NCBI GenBank assembly: GCA_963842525.1
Contig: CAWJGT010000009.1
Coordinates: 1,216,001-1,280,000, forward strand
DNA: 64,000 nt
From: an uncultured Holophagales bacterium
GTDB taxonomy: Bacteria > Acidobacteriota > Thermoanaerobaculia > Multivoradales > UBA5704
Reading direction: 5' to 3'
Shown: positions 31,834 through 42,182 of the stretch, piece by piece
How the letters are laid out: every line of letters begins with the position of its first letter
Position numbering within the stretch: the first letter of the stretch is position 1
Translations under genes and position numbers: made by a program
The notes under the pieces: model-generated
Databases searched by the model: none
What the model was told of the DNA's origin: nothing
What the model saw: the letters and a program-made list of their open reading frames with translations, nothing else

Positions 31834-33340
31834 CTACCCCGGCTTGACCCAGATCTTGACGCTGCCGGCGGGGGCGGCCGCCAGATAGGTTCCGGGCTGC
31901 ACCGAGGCGCCTGCCGCCACCAGGAGGTCGAGGGCATTGCCCTGGGATGTCCCCGGCTTGATGGGCACCAGCGTCTCCACTTTGATGCGCCGCCGGCGGC
32001 CGAGGAGATCGCGGGCCCACTCCGTGGAGAGGATCGCTCCCGGCTCACCGCCGGGCTCGGCCGGTTGCTTGACCACGCCAGCGAGGCGCTTCCTGCCGCC
32101 GGCAGAGACCACCGCCCTGAAATCGGGCCGCAGCCACCGGCGCTTCCGGAAGAGGAAAACCAGGGCCAGGACCGTCTGGAACAGCAGGAACAGCCCCAGC
32201 GCCATCAACAGGACGAGGAGGGCTGTAGTAGCCGTCCCGGCCTCGCGGCGCCAAAGAGCGGAGGCGACCGCGGGAAGGGCGGCGGTCCCCATCTCCAGCA
32301 GATGGAGCTTTTCCTGGCGAATCAGCAGCAGCTCCGCCCGCTCCTGGGAAGAGCGCGGACGGTAACCGGCGGCGGCCAGAGCCTCGGCCGCGAGCCGGCG
32401 GCCGGGACCGGATTGCTTGCTGCGCCGCAGCAGGGCCGGGAAGGCGGGGGCGCCGATCCGGACGAGCGCCTGGACGGCAGTCGCCGCAGCGGGCTTATCG
32501 AGCTGCTGGATCAAAGCGCTGATGGCGTTGTCTCCCAGAGCGCGCAAGGCCTTTACAGCCTCGTCCTGCAGCTCGGTATCCTGCAGACGAAACCCCAGGC
32601 CCACGGCGGCCTTGGGGCTGCGGGTCTGGCCCAGCGCTGCGATGGCATCGCGTCTCCCCTCCACCGGCAGCGATGCATCGGCGGCGACGGCGAGAAGGCC
32701 GTCCACATCGCGCGTCTGCCTCAGCCGCTCAACCCGGTCCGACAGCTCCTGGAGGCTCCCGCTGCTTCCTCTGCTCTTCGAGCGCCGCCTCTTGCTGCTG
32801 CCGGGCCCGGGCCGCCTCTTCCTCCAACATCCGCTGGAAGCGGGCCTCTGGAGTCTCCTCGCCGGCCTCGGCAATGGATAGCAGGTTGCGCTCGAGGAGC
32901 CCCGTCGCAGACAGAGGATCTGTGAGGTCCTTCAGCCCCTGCGCCAGGAACTCGGCAAGGGATGCATCGGAAAAGATCCTGGTCTGCGCCGCGAAGGTCA
33001 GCCGCGCCTTCCCCTCGAACTGCTTGTAAAGCCTGTTCTCGCCCGGGTAGGCGCTATCGAAGGTCTGAGCGAGCACGGCGGCGGCAAAGAGGAGCAACTG
33101 GGCCTGTGTCCGGTCCTCCTCGCCGGAGGAGCGGTGGAGGAGCACGGAGGTTTCCCGCAGCAGGTCGAAGAAGATTGCAGTCATCTCCTCCGAATTGCCG
33201 AGCACCACCATCCGCATGGCATAGATGTCCTGGCGCGACAAGGCCTCCGCGAACTCCTCGAACGCCGTGGCGCGCGAGCTCTGCGGAACAGCGAGGGCGA
33301 GAAGAAGTATGGTTCCGATGATCGTACGGGTCTGGCTCAT
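31834..33340 (-). CDS. Secreted/membrane HEAT-repeat protein (probable +1 error at ~32755)
   Basis: Signal peptide MSQTRTIIGTILLLALAV, coiled coil, PBS-lyase HEAT-like repeats (AIAALG, AVKALRALG, AVQALVRIG), TM helix near the C-terminus. Confidence 0.7.
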
Positions 33341-33434
33341 GTTCCGCTATAGACCCCGCCGTTCGGAAAAGTGGGTAGAGCCGGACCGCTCGGGATTGCC
33401 CGGGGCCACCCCCGGTGATAGCCTCGCCAGCCGC

Positions 33435-35108
33435 TTGGCCATACCCTCTCGCTTCACCGCCTGGGCCCTCGGGCTTGCATCGATCCTCGCGCTCGGCTGC
33501 GGGAAACAGCCGGCCGGGCCGGATGCGCCCGCTGCGCCGGCCCGGGGCGCGGGCTCGTCCAAGGTGAGGCCCATCGATGCCGACTGGGTGACGATCTACG
33601 ATCCGAAGCTCGCCTGGAACGGCTATACGCTCACGCTGCACGAGATCCGCATTCCGGTCCTGCTCGACATGAATGGGCGGCCGGTGCACAGTTGGCCCGA
33701 GGCGCGTCTCAAGACGCGGGTGCGCCTGCTCCCCGACGGCTCCATCCTCGGGATCGGCATGGGCCGGCAGGTCGTCGAGTATGACTGGGAGGGCCGGCGG
33801 ACGTGGGAATTCCGCACCACCGGCGCGATCCCGCACCACGACGTCCTCCGTCTCGCCAACGGCAATACGCTGGTGCTGGTCCTGAAGGACGGAGAGGGCG
33901 CCGACACGCTGTTCGAGGTCGACCGCGCCGGGCAGGTGGTCTGGACCTGGCGAGCGGCCGAGCGTCTCGGCGCGCTGATCCCGCCGCGGCCGGCGCACCC
34001 GAACGACATCACCCACATCAACTCGCTCCAGGAGCTTCCGGAAAACCCCTGGTACACCGCCGGGGACGCACGCTTCCGGCCGGGCAACCTCCTGCTCTCG
34101 GCGCGCAACCTCAATACCATTTTCATTGTTGATCGTCCGAGCGGCGAGGTCGTCTGGAGCTTCAAAGACGGGCTCGACCGGCAGCACGAGGCGCTGATGA
34201 ACGGTCCGGATCTGCTTGCGCCGGGCATGATCCAGCTCTTCAACAACCGGCTGCGGAGCTTCGCGAGCGATCGCCAGAGCGAGCTGATTGAGCTCGATCC
34301 CCGCGACAATTCAGCGGTCTGGAAATACCGGTCGCCCGGCTTCTTCTCACCAACCGGAGGCGTGCAGCAGGCGCTGCCCAACGGCAACGTCCTGGTCACC
34401 TCGACCCGGGGTGGACGGGTTTTCGAGGTCACGCGAGAGGGCGAGATTGCCTGGGAGTGGGTGCCGCCGTACGAGCCGGTGCGCGCCGTCCGCGTGGCCC
34501 CGGACGCCTGCCCCCAACTCGCGAAACTCGCCGCTCCGATCCAAACGGCCGTTGTGCCTCCGCCCGGCTACCGGTACGTCGACCGCGAGTCCTACCGTTT
34601 CGCCCGCCGGGGCTCCCGGATGAAGGCCATCGTGAGCGGCGAGCCGCGCATGGTGCTCAAGCAGGAGACCGACTGCCGCGATCTGGTGCTGCCGGCCACA
34701 GCCAGGCTCAGGGTCGGTTACGGCATCGACCGCGGGCGGCTCCGCGGTACAGGCAGGGCGGACCGGCCTCCCCGGTTCGCGGTGCGCCTGCGTCCCACCG
34801 GCGCGTCTGCGGAGATCGATCTCCTGCAGGATGCCGTGGGGTTGGAAGGTCCCGCGTGGCGGCAGCGGACGATCCCTCTCGACGCCTACGGCCTTCAATC
34901 CGTGAGGCTGTGCGTCGCGATCGACGGAAGCGAGCCTGGCGAGCGCTTCGCCTACTGGGAGCAGCCCCTGATCGCCGCTGCCGGCGACGCCCGTGTGAGG
35001 ATGGGGGAGGACGAGGACGACGAAGCCGCGCCCGCCCAGCACGACCTGAGCCCCGAAGAGCTGGAGGTCCGCCGCCGGCACCTCAAGGCGCTGGGCTACG
35101 CCGGGTGA
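33435..35108 (+). CDS. Arylsulfotransferase (ASST)-like lipoprotein
   Basis: HHDVLRLANGN, HINSL, LLSARN, RQHEA, QALPNGNVLVT, LKALGY tail; lipobox LALGC. Start is uncertain. Confidence 0.8.
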   Translation: MAIPSRFTAWALGLASILALGCGKQPAGPDAPAAPARGAGSSKVRPIDADWVTIYDPKLAWNGYTLTLHEIRIPVLLDMNGRPVHSWPEARLKTRVRLLPDGSILGIGMGRQVVEYDWEGRRTWEFRTTGAIPHHDVLRLANGNTLVLVLKDGEGADTLFEVDRAGQVVWTWRAAERLGALIPPRPAHPNDITHINSLQELPENPWYTAGDARFRPGNLLLSARNLNTIFIVDRPSGEVVWSFKDGLDRQHEALMNGPDLLAPGMIQLFNNRLRSFASDRQSELIELDPRDNSAVWKYRSPGFFSPTGGVQQALPNGNVLVTSTRGGRVFEVTREGEIAWEWVPPYEPVRAVRVAPDACPQLAKLAAPIQTAVVPPPGYRYVDRESYRFARRGSRMKAIVSGEPRMVLKQETDCRDLVLPATARLRVGYGIDRGRLRGTGRADRPPRFAVRLRPTGASAEIDLLQDAVGLEGPAWRQRTIPLDAYGLQSVRLCVAIDGSEPGERFAYWEQPLIAAAGDARVRMGEDEDDEAAPAQHDLSPEELEVRRRHLKALGYAG

Positions 35109-35125
35109 GACAGACCTCCTCCCAA

Positions 35126-35296
35126 GATCCTCACCTGTCCGCCCATTCCGACGATGAGGACCGGTATCTGACAGTGGGCCGCTCGGTTCAAAGGCGACTC
35201 CTGATCGTAGCCCATACGGAACGCGGCAACCGCATCCGTATCATTAGTGCCAGGGAACTGACACGCTCTGAGAGAGAAGCCTATGAAGAAGGATGA
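35126..35296 (+). pseudogene. N-terminally truncated BrnT toxin remnant
   Basis: HSDDEDRYLTVGRS..RLLIVAHTERGNRIRIISARELTRSERE, with no start codon and no WD..K N-terminus. Confidence 0.75.
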
Positions 35297-35516
35297 GGAA
35301 GACGACGATCTCGAGCCAGAGTACGATCTTCGGACACTCTTGAAGGGAAGCGTACGAGGCAAGTATGCCGAGCGCTTCCAGCAAGGGACCAACCTGGTTC
35401 TCCTCGACCCTGAGGTGGCCGCGGCGTTTCCGAATCACCAGGCGGTCAACGACGCTCTGCGGTTGGTGATCCAGCTTTCCCAGATCACAGGGATCAACAA
35501 AAAGATGGCCACCTGA
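35283..35516 (+). CDS. BrnT-associated antitoxin
   Basis: DDLEPEYD...RGKYAERFQQGTNLVLLDPEVAAAF...VNDALR. Confidence 0.8.
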   Translation: MKKDEEDDDLEPEYDLRTLLKGSVRGKYAERFQQGTNLVLLDPEVAAAFPNHQAVNDALRLVIQLSQITGINKKMAT

Positions 35517-35534
35517 TCCGCAGCAGAGCCTGCA

Positions 35535-36320
35535 TCAGAGCCGACGCTCCACCGCAGGCTGCGTCTTCACGCCGAGGAACGTCCCGCGTTCGTGGGACCT
35601 GTACGGTCCCTCCAGCATCGACTCCGCGATCTTGGGAGCCATGCCGTCGTACTGCTCCAGCACCAGGTCGAAGCCGGCGTCGTGGAGCGCCTGGAGGAGG
35701 TGCTCCCGGCGGATCCAGAAGGAGCGCCGGTTGTCCCACGAGGCCCAGCGCTTCGCCTCCCGGTCCTGGAATTCGCGGTCGTCCGCGAACTCCGTGAACC
35801 AGCGCCCCTCGAGCCCTTCGTTGACGTCCAAATCGGAAAGACTCAGCGCAGGGTTGGGCCTCTCCGTCGAGAAATGAGTGTTGAGGAGAAGGGCCCGCTG
35901 CGTCACGCCGGACAGGATCTCCAGGAACCGCCGCGGCCGGTCGAGGTGGTAGAAGAGGCCGCAGCAGAACACGGCGTCGAAGGTGCCGTAGCGGGCGATG
36001 TTCCAGGCGTCGTCCTGCACGAACTCCAGATGCGGCATGTCGACGCGCTCCTTGACATAGCGGCATGCGGCGATGTTGCTGTCGCGGACTTCCAGCCCGA
36101 GGACGCGGAATCCCATCCGGGCGAGCTCGACGGCATACCCGCCTTCGAGGCATCCCAGGTCGGCGAGCCGGAAACGGCTCTTGTCGCCGGGGAAGAGGGC
36201 GCCCAGGGCCCGCCGCGCCGAGGCGAGCCAGGGGTAGTTCTCCATCGACTCGGCCATCTCGGGCTTGGTGAAGCTCCCGTCGTCCAGGCGGATGTTGTGG
36301 GCGGTGAACTCGACGGGCAT
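35535..36320 (-). CDS. Class I SAM-dependent methyltransferase
   Basis: ADLGCLEGGY, FDAVFCCGLFYHL. Confidence 0.85.
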   Translation of the reverse strand: MPVEFTAHNIRLDDGSFTKPEMAESMENYPWLASARRALGALFPGDKSRFRLADLGCLEGGYAVELARMGFRVLGLEVRDSNIAACRYVKERVDMPHLEFVQDDAWNIARYGTFDAVFCCGLFYHLDRPRRFLEILSGVTQRALLLNTHFSTERPNPALSLSDLDVNEGLEGRWFTEFADDREFQDREAKRWASWDNRRSFWIRREHLLQALHDAGFDLVLEQYDGMAPKIAESMLEGPYRSHERGTFLGVKTQPAVERRL

Positions 36321-36404
36321 TGCCGCAGGATGCTATGGGAGCACTCGATGGGGGTCAACGCGGGGGACGGCGGTGCGCGTCGTCCCCCGGGAGGTCTCCT
36401 GCCG

Positions 36405-36878
36405 CTACGGCGACTCGATGAAGAAGCCCACGACGTCCACGATGAGGTGGACCGAGCCCGAGGCGACCACGAACGGACGGAGGTTGATCTTGCCGTCGTT
36501 CGACAGCTCCACGATGGCGTTGTTGGCGAGGGTCGCTCCGGCGACGAAGTTGAGTGTGCTGGTGGGCGGCGGTTGCGCGAGGTCCGCCGCATAGACGGTC
36601 AGATGGCCTTGGCTGGTCGGCTGGGTGACCGTCACGTTGAGCACCACCGCGGTGGCCAGAGGTGACACGCCGCAGCGCGTGATCCCAACGACGTCGAGCA
36701 GCCGCGAGGTGTTGGCGCTGGGCGTGACCGGTCCGCCCGTCCAGCTCACCACCGGGCTTGCCTGCGACACGGTGCCCGAGGCGGGGGAGGCGGCGCGTGT
36801 TTGCGCGGGGAGAAGAAGACCGAGAAGGATGGAGAAAACACAGGGGAACGGGAGGAGCCGATGCAGGGTTGTGGGCAT
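36405..36878 (-). CDS. Small secreted protein with a C-terminal beta-sandwich module, possibly an internally deleted remnant
   Basis: Signal peptide, ASPASGTVS, then CGVSPLATAVVLNVTVTQPTSQGHLTVY...HLIVDVVGFF. Confidence 0.6.
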   Translation of the reverse strand: MPTTLHRLLPFPCVFSILLGLLLPAQTRAASPASGTVSQASPVVSWTGGPVTPSANTSRLLDVVGITRCGVSPLATAVVLNVTVTQPTSQGHLTVYAADLAQPPPTSTLNFVAGATLANNAIVELSNDGKINLRPFVVASGSVHLIVDVVGFFIESP

Positions 36879-37042
36879 GCCTCTGATCCCTCCAAGATAA
36901 AAACGACCGGCAATCCCCCTTTGCAAGAAATCTTCCCGACCCTTGGTCTCATGAGCATGGCTCTATCGAGAGGGGTTCTACCGGATGGACAAGCCGCCCT
37001 TTTTGGGGGTACTCTGCCGCTCCATCGAACGAGGAAACACCC

Positions 37043-37324
37043 ATGCCCATCATGCGTTGGCTCCAGAAACTGTTCAGCTCCCGGCCGGCTCCGGCCGGCG
37101 TCGACCGCGAGGCGCTCAGGCGCAACGATCCCTGCTGGTGCGGGAGCGGCAAGAAATACAAGAAGTGCCACCTGGCGAAGGACTCGGCGGAGCGGATCGA
37201 GGCTGCCTTTGCGGCCCGCACCGCGGCCCAGAGGAAGGGCGGGGACGGCCTGACCCGCGGTGCCGCCAAGCCCAAGGCCCGCCAGCCCGAGGAGGCGAGC
37301 CAGTGGAAGGGGGGCAAGCGCTAG
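37043..37324 (+). CDS. SEC-C motif protein
   Basis: RNDPCWCGSGKKYKKCH. Confidence 0.85.
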   Translation: MPIMRWLQKLFSSRPAPAGVDREALRRNDPCWCGSGKKYKKCHLAKDSAERIEAAFAARTAAQRKGGDGLTRGAAKPKARQPEEASQWKGGKR

Positions 37325-37347
37325 ACCGAGCCGGGAGACGGGACGAG

Positions 37348-38448
37348 GTGGCCGAGCGCGATTCCATCGAGATCGGCGGTGCGCCGGTCGTCACCCTCGC
37401 CAGGCCGGAGCCGCTGGACGCGAGCAGGCCCGCCTTTCTGAGCGCCCAGATCCTGCCGGGGCGCGGGATGATGACCCTCCAGATCCGCGCCCGCCTGCCG
37501 CGGCTCGGCGACGTCGACCTGCTCGCGGCGCCTCCTCTCGACAAGGTCCGTGAGATCCTGGACGACGGGCGGGAAGACTTCCCGGGCAACGCGTCCTACA
37601 CCATGGGCGGGGCGCTCCTCATCCCCTACGCGAACCGCATCCGCGGGGAGCCTTCGCCGGACGGAAGGACCATCCGCGCGGAGGTGCTCGGCCGGCCGGT
37701 TCAACTGCCTGCCAATTGGGGAGGGCGGAAGCCGGGCGCCGAGAGGTACGCGATGCACGGCCTCTTCCTTGCCTCCCGCGTCGATGCGCTCGTCCGCGAG
37801 ACCACGGAGGAGGAGGACCGCCTGCGGGCGTCCTTCCAGGCCGGCGACTTCGACCACCGCTGGCTGTCGGCCACCGACCTGTCGTTCGAGGACGTCCTGC
37901 GCAGCGAGTCGTTCATCCTCACGATCACCGCCAGGAACGTGGGCGGCGAGCCTCTGCCCATGGGAATCGGCTGGCACCCGTATTTTGTGATTCCGAGCGG
38001 CCGGCGGCAGCAGGCGCGGATGCGAATTCCGGCCCGCCGACGCACCGTGGTGAATGATTACGACGAGGTGCTGCCCACCGGCGAGGTCGTGCCGGTCGCC
38101 GGCACTCCCTACGACTTTTCGCCGCCCGGCGGCAGGCCGCTCGGCGGTCTCTTCCTGGACGACTGCTTCGTGGACCTCGAACGGTCGGCGGAAGGTCATG
38201 TGGTCGCGGAGATCGTCGATCCGGAAGCGTCCTATGGCCTGCGCATCGTGGCCGCCGCGCCGCACGTCAAGGCCATCCAGGTCTATGCCCCGCCGGATGG
38301 ATCGTTCATTGCTCTCGAGCCGCAATTCAACTGGGCCGACCCGTTCGGACCACAATGGGGTCCGGACGTCGATACCGGGATGGCGATCCTCGCACCGGGC
38401 GCGTCCGCCGTCTACTCCGTGCGTCTGGAGCTGTTCGAGCCTTCATAA
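37348..38448 (+). CDS. Aldose 1-epimerase family protein
   Basis: PYANRI, AMHG, GWHPYF, LDDCF, ALEPQ. Confidence 0.88.
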   Translation: MAERDSIEIGGAPVVTLARPEPLDASRPAFLSAQILPGRGMMTLQIRARLPRLGDVDLLAAPPLDKVREILDDGREDFPGNASYTMGGALLIPYANRIRGEPSPDGRTIRAEVLGRPVQLPANWGGRKPGAERYAMHGLFLASRVDALVRETTEEEDRLRASFQAGDFDHRWLSATDLSFEDVLRSESFILTITARNVGGEPLPMGIGWHPYFVIPSGRRQQARMRIPARRRTVVNDYDEVLPTGEVVPVAGTPYDFSPPGGRPLGGLFLDDCFVDLERSAEGHVVAEIVDPEASYGLRIVAAAPHVKAIQVYAPPDGSFIALEPQFNWADPFGPQWGPDVDTGMAILAPGASAVYSVRLELFEPS

Positions 38449-38453
38449 AGCGC

Positions 38454-39914
38454 ATGGGCGAAAACGTTGTCATCCTCGGCGCCGACGCGGTGGGGACCTG
38501 CGCCGCCCTCGTTCTCAAAAAGATGGGTTTTGCCGTCGAGCTCGTCGACGCGGCGCCGGACATCCTGTGGGGCAACGCGCACGCGGCCTTCGTCCACCAG
38601 GGCGATGGCATTGAATCCTACGCGCGGGCCGATCGATCCGTCGGAAGATTCTGCATCGACGCCTCGTTCGTCAAGGGATTGCTCTATCCGCTGAGCGTCC
38701 TCAGGACACGCGTCTGCGACGCAAGCAACCCGATCCGTTACCTGGCGGCGAACGCCTCGCTGCTCGGCGCTCTCTACCGCAACGAAGAGCACTTGCGAGC
38801 GCATTTCGAGCGCCGGTTCGAGGCCGTGCGGAGCGCGACCGGATGGAGCGAGGAGGTGGCCCGCGAGGTCTTCCTGCGGGACCCGCGCTCCTTCTCGCAC
38901 CGTCTCGCACCGGCGGAGCACGCGGATGTCGGCGGTGTCGCCGGCGTCGCTGGTGGATGCGCCGGGTCGAGCTTCGGCGTCAACATGCCGCATTACTACG
39001 CCTTCCTCAAGGCTGCCCTGGCCGAGGCCGGCGTCCCGTTCCACCCCAACTCGGATGTCGAGGTCGTCGAGAAGGTCGGCACCCGCTATGTGGTCCATGC
39101 AGGCGGGCTGAGCTTGCCGGCGGACTACGTGCTGGTGACAGGCCATCGGACTCCTGACCTGGCCGCGCGGTTCCGCGGCGCGTCACTCGACCCGGGCTTT
39201 TCTGGCGTCTGTCTCGTCAAGAGCATGGTGCTTTTCCGGCTGCCCGCCACCGGCGATCCGGCGCAGCGGGCCGCCCTGCGGCACATCGATTTCCTGTTCG
39301 AGGGCGAAACGGTCCTGACGTTCTTCTGTGTCGTGCCGCCCACTGCAACCGAGGACGGGCTTGCCGCGGCGTATCCCCCAAGTGAAAGCGCGCCGCGCAG
39401 GATTCGTTTCGATCTTGATAACCCTCCTCCCGCGGGCTGGGACGATGTGGAGACTGCAAGTGAAGACCTCCGGGCGGAGGAGGTTCTCCGCGACCTCTCC
39501 AGGTTCTATCCCGCCCTGGCGGATGATGCCGAGCCCGCCGGAGCCATCTGGCGGCCCGTGGTCCACTTCCGCCCTCCAAGCAACGGCGCTTCCCGGTTAT
39601 TCCTTTCCAGCGCGGACCGGCGCGTCAGCCTGTGGGTGTCCCCCAAGTGGACCAACGCCGAGCTCGTCGCGCTCCTGGCCGTGGACCAGGTGTGCCGGCG
39701 CTTGCGCGGCAAGGGACTGCCTAAACGGGGGACGACCCGCTTCGGTCCCACCGGCCTGGATGTGGCGGAGATCGCCCAGCAGATCCACTTCCGGGACGTC
39801 CGGATGCGGGCCGAGGACGCGCGGCGGGAGAGGGGGAACGTGCCGGATGAAAGGGATAGAATCGATCAATTCTTCCGTCTTTTCCCCTCTCCCGCTTCGC
39901 GGGGGAGGGGCTAG
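38454..39914 (+). CDS. Putative FAD-dependent oxidoreductase with degenerate Rossmann motif
   Basis: N-terminal VVILGADAVGTCAALVLKKMGFAVELVD. Confidence 0.55.
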   Translation: MGENVVILGADAVGTCAALVLKKMGFAVELVDAAPDILWGNAHAAFVHQGDGIESYARADRSVGRFCIDASFVKGLLYPLSVLRTRVCDASNPIRYLAANASLLGALYRNEEHLRAHFERRFEAVRSATGWSEEVAREVFLRDPRSFSHRLAPAEHADVGGVAGVAGGCAGSSFGVNMPHYYAFLKAALAEAGVPFHPNSDVEVVEKVGTRYVVHAGGLSLPADYVLVTGHRTPDLAARFRGASLDPGFSGVCLVKSMVLFRLPATGDPAQRAALRHIDFLFEGETVLTFFCVVPPTATEDGLAAAYPPSESAPRRIRFDLDNPPPAGWDDVETASEDLRAEEVLRDLSRFYPALADDAEPAGAIWRPVVHFRPPSNGASRLFLSSADRRVSLWVSPKWTNAELVALLAVDQVCRRLRGKGLPKRGTTRFGPTGLDVAEIAQQIHFRDVRMRAEDARRERGNVPDERDRIDQFFRLFPSPASRGRG

Positions 39915-39924
39915 GGGAGGGGGC
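39884..39924. repeat. Half copy of the CCCTCTCCC...GGGAGGGG palindromic repeat family
   Basis: CCCCTCTCCCGCTTCGCGGGGGAGGGGCTAGGGGAGGGGG, overlapping the upstream stop codon. Confidence 0.55.
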
Positions 39925-39925
39925 T

Positions 39926-40687
39926 ATGCGAGTCGTCATCGTCACCGGTGGCGCTGCCGGAATCGGCCGCGCCACCGCCCGCCGCTTCGCCCGGGACGGC
40001 GCCCGGGTGGCGGTCTGGGACGTCAAGGCGGAGGACCCGGAGGCGCTCTGCGCCGAGCTGCGCGAGGCCGGCGGGGGGGCCGTGTTCCAGCAGGTCGACG
40101 TGACGGACGCGGCGGCCGTCGAAGCCGCGGTGGCCGCCGTGGTCGAGCGCTGGGGGCGGATCGACGTGCTGGTCAACAACGCCGGGATCGTGCGCGACGG
40201 CCAGCTCGTCAAGTGGAAGGACGGGCAGAAGATTTCCGAGATGAGCGAGCGGGACTTCGACGCCGTGGTCTCGGTCAACCTCAAGGGGGTTTTCCTCTGC
40301 ACACGCGCCGTGGCGCCGCACATGATCGCCGGCGGCGGCGGTGTGATTTTGAATGCCTCGTCGGTGGTCGGGCTCTACGGCAACTTCGGCCAGACCAACT
40401 ACGCTGCGACCAAGGCGGGTGTCGTCAACATGACCCGCACCTGGGCGCGCGAGCTGGGCCGGTACAAGATCCGGGTGAACGCCGTGGCCCCGGGGTTCAT
40501 CGCCACGGAGATGGTCCGGGCCATGCCTGAAAAGATCCTGAGCAACATGGTGGAGCACACGCCGATCGGCCGCATGGGGGAGCCGGAGGACATCGCCGAG
40601 GCCTATTTCTGGCTTGCCTCGGATGCCGCCGGCTTTGTCCATGGTACGGTCCTCTCCGTGGACGGCGGCCTGGTGATCGGTACTTGA
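39926..40687 (+). CDS. fabG: SDR oxidoreductase, 3-oxoacyl-ACP reductase-like
   Basis: TGGAAGIG, NNAG, GNFGQTNYAATK, VNAVAPGFI. Confidence 0.85.
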   Translation: MRVVIVTGGAAGIGRATARRFARDGARVAVWDVKAEDPEALCAELREAGGGAVFQQVDVTDAAAVEAAVAAVVERWGRIDVLVNNAGIVRDGQLVKWKDGQKISEMSERDFDAVVSVNLKGVFLCTRAVAPHMIAGGGGVILNASSVVGLYGNFGQTNYAATKAGVVNMTRTWARELGRYKIRVNAVAPGFIATEMVRAMPEKILSNMVEHTPIGRMGEPEDIAEAYFWLASDAAGFVHGTVLSVDGGLVIGT

Positions 40688-41502
40688 GAGCCTTCACTCC
40701 CCGTGCGCCGGGCCTTCTGACCCACCGCGTCACCGGCCAGGGGGAGCCGTTGCTGCTGCTCAACGGCGCGCTGATGAGCATCGCGGCGTGGCAGCCGGTG
40801 GTGCCCGCGCTCGAACCTCTCTTCAAGGTCGTGCGCTGCGACTTCCGCGGGCAGCTCTTCTCGCCGGGCGAGGCCCCGCCGGACTTCGGCGCGCATGTGG
40901 CGGACGTGCTCGCGGTGCTCGACCATCTCGGGCTCGACCGGGTGCACGTGGCCGGCGTCTCCTTCGGATCGCTCGTGGCGCTGCGGCTCGCGGCGGAGCA
41001 TCCCGGCCGGATCGCTTCCGTGGCCGCGATCACTTCGACCGAGCGCATCAAGGACGAGACCTGGCGCGACCTCGACGAGCTGCGGGACGCCTGCAGGGCG
41101 GCCGCCGCCGGCGGCGACCCCCGGCGCATCTTCGACCTCACCCTCCCGATGTACAGCGCCGGCTACAGGAGCACGCAAGGCGAGAGCCTGGCCCTGCAGC
41201 GGGATTGGATCCAAGCGCTGCCCGAGGTCTGGTTCCGGGGGATCGCGGCCCTTCTTGCCGCGGTCGAGGGGCTCGACATGCGGCCCGACCTGCCACGCAT
41301 CCAATGCCCGGTGCTGGTCGTGGCCGCGGAGGAGGACACCACGTTCCCCCTGGAGCACTCGCGGGCGCTGGCCGGGGCGATCTCCGGGGCTCGGCTCGTG
41401 GTGGTGCCCGGCGTGGGCCACGGGATGGTCATCGAAAAGCCGGACCGCCTCGGCGAGATCCTCGCGTCCTTCTTCGGCCCGCGCCGCAGGGTCCAGGTGT
41501 GA
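40684..41502 (+). CDS. Alpha/beta hydrolase
   Basis: DFRGQ, GVSFG nucleophile motif, GHG. Confidence 0.85.
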   Translation: MRAFTPRAPGLLTHRVTGQGEPLLLLNGALMSIAAWQPVVPALEPLFKVVRCDFRGQLFSPGEAPPDFGAHVADVLAVLDHLGLDRVHVAGVSFGSLVALRLAAEHPGRIASVAAITSTERIKDETWRDLDELRDACRAAAAGGDPRRIFDLTLPMYSAGYRSTQGESLALQRDWIQALPEVWFRGIAALLAAVEGLDMRPDLPRIQCPVLVVAAEEDTTFPLEHSRALAGAISGARLVVVPGVGHGMVIEKPDRLGEILASFFGPRRRVQV

Positions 41503-41563
41503 CGGCGGTCCCTCGTTGGATTATGATTCCGGTGACCGGAGCATCTACAACACTGCTGGAGGA

Positions 41564-42163
41564 GTGACGCGGTCGGGCACCCTCTGCAGCCGCTCCCGAC
41601 CTCCAAGGAGGCTGCGTGACGAGGTGGTTGAAGCGGGTCCGCGCTACCAACTGGTCATCCCGGACCTGCCCGGGCACGGCGAGAGCGCGCCGCGGGAAGG
41701 GCCTCTGACCCTCCGGGGCGAGCTCGACGGCCTCGACGCAGCCATCCGCAAGCTCGAGGAGGGCGAGCGCGTGATCCTGATCGGCAATGCCTTTGGCGGC
41801 TGGCTGTCGCTCATCTATGCTCGCGAGCATCCGGAGAGGGTCGAGCGCCTGGTCCTGGTGAACAGCGTCGGCCTCTCCTTCGACGCCGCAGGGCTCGATA
41901 CCCTGCCGGAAAACCGGGAGCAGGCGCAACGCATGGTGCAATCCCTCGGCGACCCGAACGCACGGCCGGCTCCGGGCTTCGTCCTCAAGCGCGAGGTGAC
42001 TCTGCGCCTGCTCAACGGCCTGCCCGGCGCGCGCCTGCACATCCTTCCGCGGTGCGGCCACCTGCCGCAGCAGCAATGCACGGACGCCTTTCTGAAGACC
42101 CTCCTGGAGATCCTCGGCTCTCCGCCGCCGCCCATCCCGGAGCCGTTCTCCCCGGTTCCTTGA
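41564..42163 (+). pseudogene. Degenerate, internally deleted paralogue of the downstream alpha/beta-fold gene
   Basis: Shares DLPGH..SAPR.G.LTLRGELDGL, YAREHPERVERLVLVNSVG and LPRCGHLPQQ with 42183..43124, but lacks the N-terminus and a central segment. Confidence 0.65.
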
Positions 42164-42182
42164 GCCCCTGTCGGTAGACCAC

